A DNA stretch of 32,000 nucleotides from Octadecabacter sp. SW4. Lineage in GTDB: Bacteria > Pseudomonadota > Alphaproteobacteria > Rhodobacterales > Rhodobacteraceae. Numbering within the stretch: the first letter of the stretch is position 1; the number at the start of each line of letters is the position of its first letter. This document shows positions 30,133-32,000 of this stretch, piece after piece. The DNA lies in contig NZ_CP042819.1 of NCBI RefSeq assembly GCF_008065155.1, positions 2,330,922-2,362,921 of the forward strand. The letters run 5' to 3'. The translations under genes and the position numbers were made by a program. Below the pieces are notes generated by a model, which was not told the origin of the DNA, did not search any database, and saw only the letters and a list, made by a program, of their open reading frames with translations.

Positions 30133-31590
30133 ATGGCCAAGGCAATCATGATCCAAGGGGCCGGCTCGAATGTCGGGAAATCCATGCTCGTCGCGGGGCT
30201 GGCACGGGCCGCCGTGCGACGCGGGTTGTCCGTCGCCCCGTTCAAGCCGCAAAACATGTCCAACAACGCCGCCGTCACGGCAGACGGGGGCGAGATTGGC
30301 CGCGCACAGGCCCTGCAGGCGCGCGCCTGCCGGTTGGACCCGCTGATCGATATGAACCCTGTGCTGCTGAAACCGGAAACGGAGGTGGGCGCGCAGGTAA
30401 TCGTGCAGGGCAAGCGCTTTGCCACCCTGCGCGCGCGCGACTACGGCAAGATGAAAGCGACCCTCATGCCGCATGTGCTGGACAGTTTTCGCCGTCTGGC
30501 CGCCGCCCACGATCTGGTCATCATTGAGGGCGCCGGCAGCCCCGCCGAAGTCAATCTGCGCGCCGGGGATATCGCCAACATGGGCTTTGCCGACGCGGCA
30601 GATGTGCCGGTGATTCTGATCGGCGACATCGACCGTGGCGGCGTGATTGCGCAGCTTGTCGGCACCGATGTGATCCTGCCCACAGCGGACCGCGCCCGTA
30701 TCAAAGGCTTTGCAATCAACAAGTTCCGTGGCGATCCGACCCTGTTTGACGCAGGCATGGACATCATCGCCGACCGCACAGGCTGGCAACCACTGGGTAT
30801 TTGCCCGTGGTTTGCCGATGCGTGGAAACTGCCCGCCGAGGATGTGATGGATGTGGCCAGCCGCAAGGGCGGCCCCGTCAAGATCGCCGTGCCACGCCTG
30901 AACCGGATCGCGAATTTCGACGACCTTGATCCGCTTGCCGCCATGGCCGAGGTCAGCGTCGAGATCATCGAGGCCGGACGCCCCCTGCCCGCCGATGCCG
31001 ATCTGATCCTGATCCCCGGGAGTAAATCCACGATCGCCGACCTTGCGCATTTGCGCGCCCAAGGCTGGGACATTGATCTGGCCGCCCATATCCGACGTGG
31101 CGGGCATGTTTTGGGGATTTGTGGCGGCTATCAGATGCTGGGCAAACAGATCATCGACGCCGACGGAATCGAAGGCACGCCCGCACGCGTTGCCGGATTG
31201 GGCCATCTGGATATCGTGACCGAGATGAAGCCGCAAAAGCGCCTTGCCCTGACGGATGCCACTTATCTGCCAACGGGCGACCCTGTCAGCGGATATGAAA
31301 TTCACATCGGCGAAACGACCGGACCGGATCGCGCGCGTGCATGGCTAGATGTGGCAGGTCGCAGCGAGGGCGCCGCCAGCGCCAACGGACAGGTGCGCGG
31401 CTGTTACCTGCACGGGTTGTTCACGTCCGATGCGTTTCGCACGGCCTATCTGGCAGGCTTGGGTGCGCAGGTTCAAACGATTGATTACGGTGCAGGGGTT
31501 GATGCCACGCTGGAGGCGCTCGCCGATCATCTGGAACAGCATCTGGATGTCGCGGGCCTCCTGGCCCTCGCAGGCCCGGTGCGCGTCTAG
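30133..31590 (+). CDS. cobQ: cobyric acid synthase
   Basis: [26 protein letters not shown]...[10 protein letters not shown], with a C-terminal glutamine amidotransferase domain ([14 protein letters not shown]). AAGGGGG upstream of ATG 30133. Confidence 0.92.
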   Translation: MAKAIMIQGAGSNVGKSMLVAGLARAAVRRGLSVAPFKPQNMSNNAAVTADGGEIGRAQALQARACRLDPLIDMNPVLLKPETEVGAQVIVQGKRFATLRARDYGKMKATLMPHVLDSFRRLAAAHDLVIIEGAGSPAEVNLRAGDIANMGFADAADVPVILIGDIDRGGVIAQLVGTDVILPTADRARIKGFAINKFRGDPTLFDAGMDIIADRTGWQPLGICPWFADAWKLPAEDVMDVASRKGGPVKIAVPRLNRIANFDDLDPLAAMAEVSVEIIEAGRPLPADADLILIPGSKSTIADLAHLRAQGWDIDLAAHIRRGGHVLGICGGYQMLGKQIIDADGIEGTPARVAGLGHLDIVTEMKPQKRLALTDATYLPTGDPVSGYEIHIGETTGPDRARAWLDVAGRSEGAASANGQVRGCYLHGLFTSDAFRTAYLAGLGAQVQTIDYGAGVDATLEALADHLEQHLDVAGLLALAGPVRV

Positions 31591-32000
31591 TCGAAGTCCT
31601 GCGACGACAGGATGCGGTGGATTTCGCGGCGCACAAGCTTGCGCACGTTACGGGTGATCCTTTCGCCCATCGTGCCCTGCAATTCCTGCCGCACGATATC
31701 GGTAACCAGATCGCGCAGCATGTCTTCGTCCATCATGCCATCGTCATCGAGATAGGCGTTCAGGACCGCATCGTCGTCATCACTGCTCAGGTCGACATCT
31801 TCGCTTGCGTAATCGTCTTCGTCGCGGTGGTGCTGGAACGGGATGTCCGACACATCTTGGGCGTCCGTTGTATCGGCGCGCACCCGCGAGGTTGACCCCG
31901 GCCAAACGACCGCTTCGATTTCTTCACTGCCATTGTCGGGCTCGAAATCGTCATCGGGTCCGACTGCGGCTTCGAGTTCGGCAATCGTGGCTTCGAGCGT
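31587..32000 (-). CDS. acidic Asp/Glu-rich protein with a PopZ/DUF2497-like C-terminal helix region; the 5' end is outside the window
   Basis: The frame stays open from the window edge: ...[48 protein letters not shown]...[53 protein letters not shown]. The track lists only 31587-31883, from an internal GTG. Confidence 0.7.
   Translation of the reverse strand, partial: TLEATIAELEAAVGPDDDFEPDNGSEEIEAVVWPGSTSRVRADTTDAQDVSDIPFQHHRDEDDYASEDVDLSSDDDDAVLNAYLDDDGMMDEDMLRDLVTDIVRQELQGTMGERITRNVRKLVRREIHRILSSQDFD

Noticed and set aside
30109-31305. 398-aa minus-strand ORF
   Set aside because: It is antisense to cobQ, with no recognisable domain. Shadow ORF. The same applies to 7574-8710, 6575-7321 and 8110-8691 opposite putA.

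Overview
High-GC, gene-dense chromosomal segment whose proteins look alphaproteobacterial, Rhodobacterales-like (inference from the protein sequences). It is mostly core housekeeping and metabolism. In order: a partial RTX-type Ca-binding repeat protein, metG, a lytic murein transglycosylase, tRNA-Leu(UAA), a TPR protein, putR/putA, rhomboid protease + GFA-family protein, suhB-like IMPase, a membrane GGDEF-EAL protein, metR/metF, a minus-strand run of DUF2235 hydrolase / CoxL-like Mo subunit / ornithine-decarboxylase-like enzyme with a divergent Lrp regulator, valS, two aminotransferases, a PTP-fold phosphatase + MsbA-like ABC exporter + YgfZ (overlapping starts and stops), efp, a 107-aa hypothetical, cobQ, and a partial acidic PopZ-like protein. 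I found no CRISPR array, transposase, integrase, phage genes or recognisable defence genes, so this reads as a core region, not an island. I cannot point to a clearly novel system. Items worth a second look: (1) TAG is the majority stop codon, and four convergent gene pairs share a single CTAG as both stops. (2) The Lrp | decarboxylase - orphan form-II CoxL-like - DUF2235 cluster has no described pathway that I know of. (3) A CX5R phosphatase is translationally coupled to an MsbA-like exporter and YgfZ. (4) Two coding regions lie below the ORF-track size cut-off (a 54-aa twin-arginine ORF and a 57-aa membrane ORF), and two edge-truncated genes are absent from the track. (5) A nested-palindrome AT-rich spacer lies between efp and the 107-aa gene. 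Many long ORFs in the track are antisense shadow ORFs typical of high-GC DNA and were rejected.
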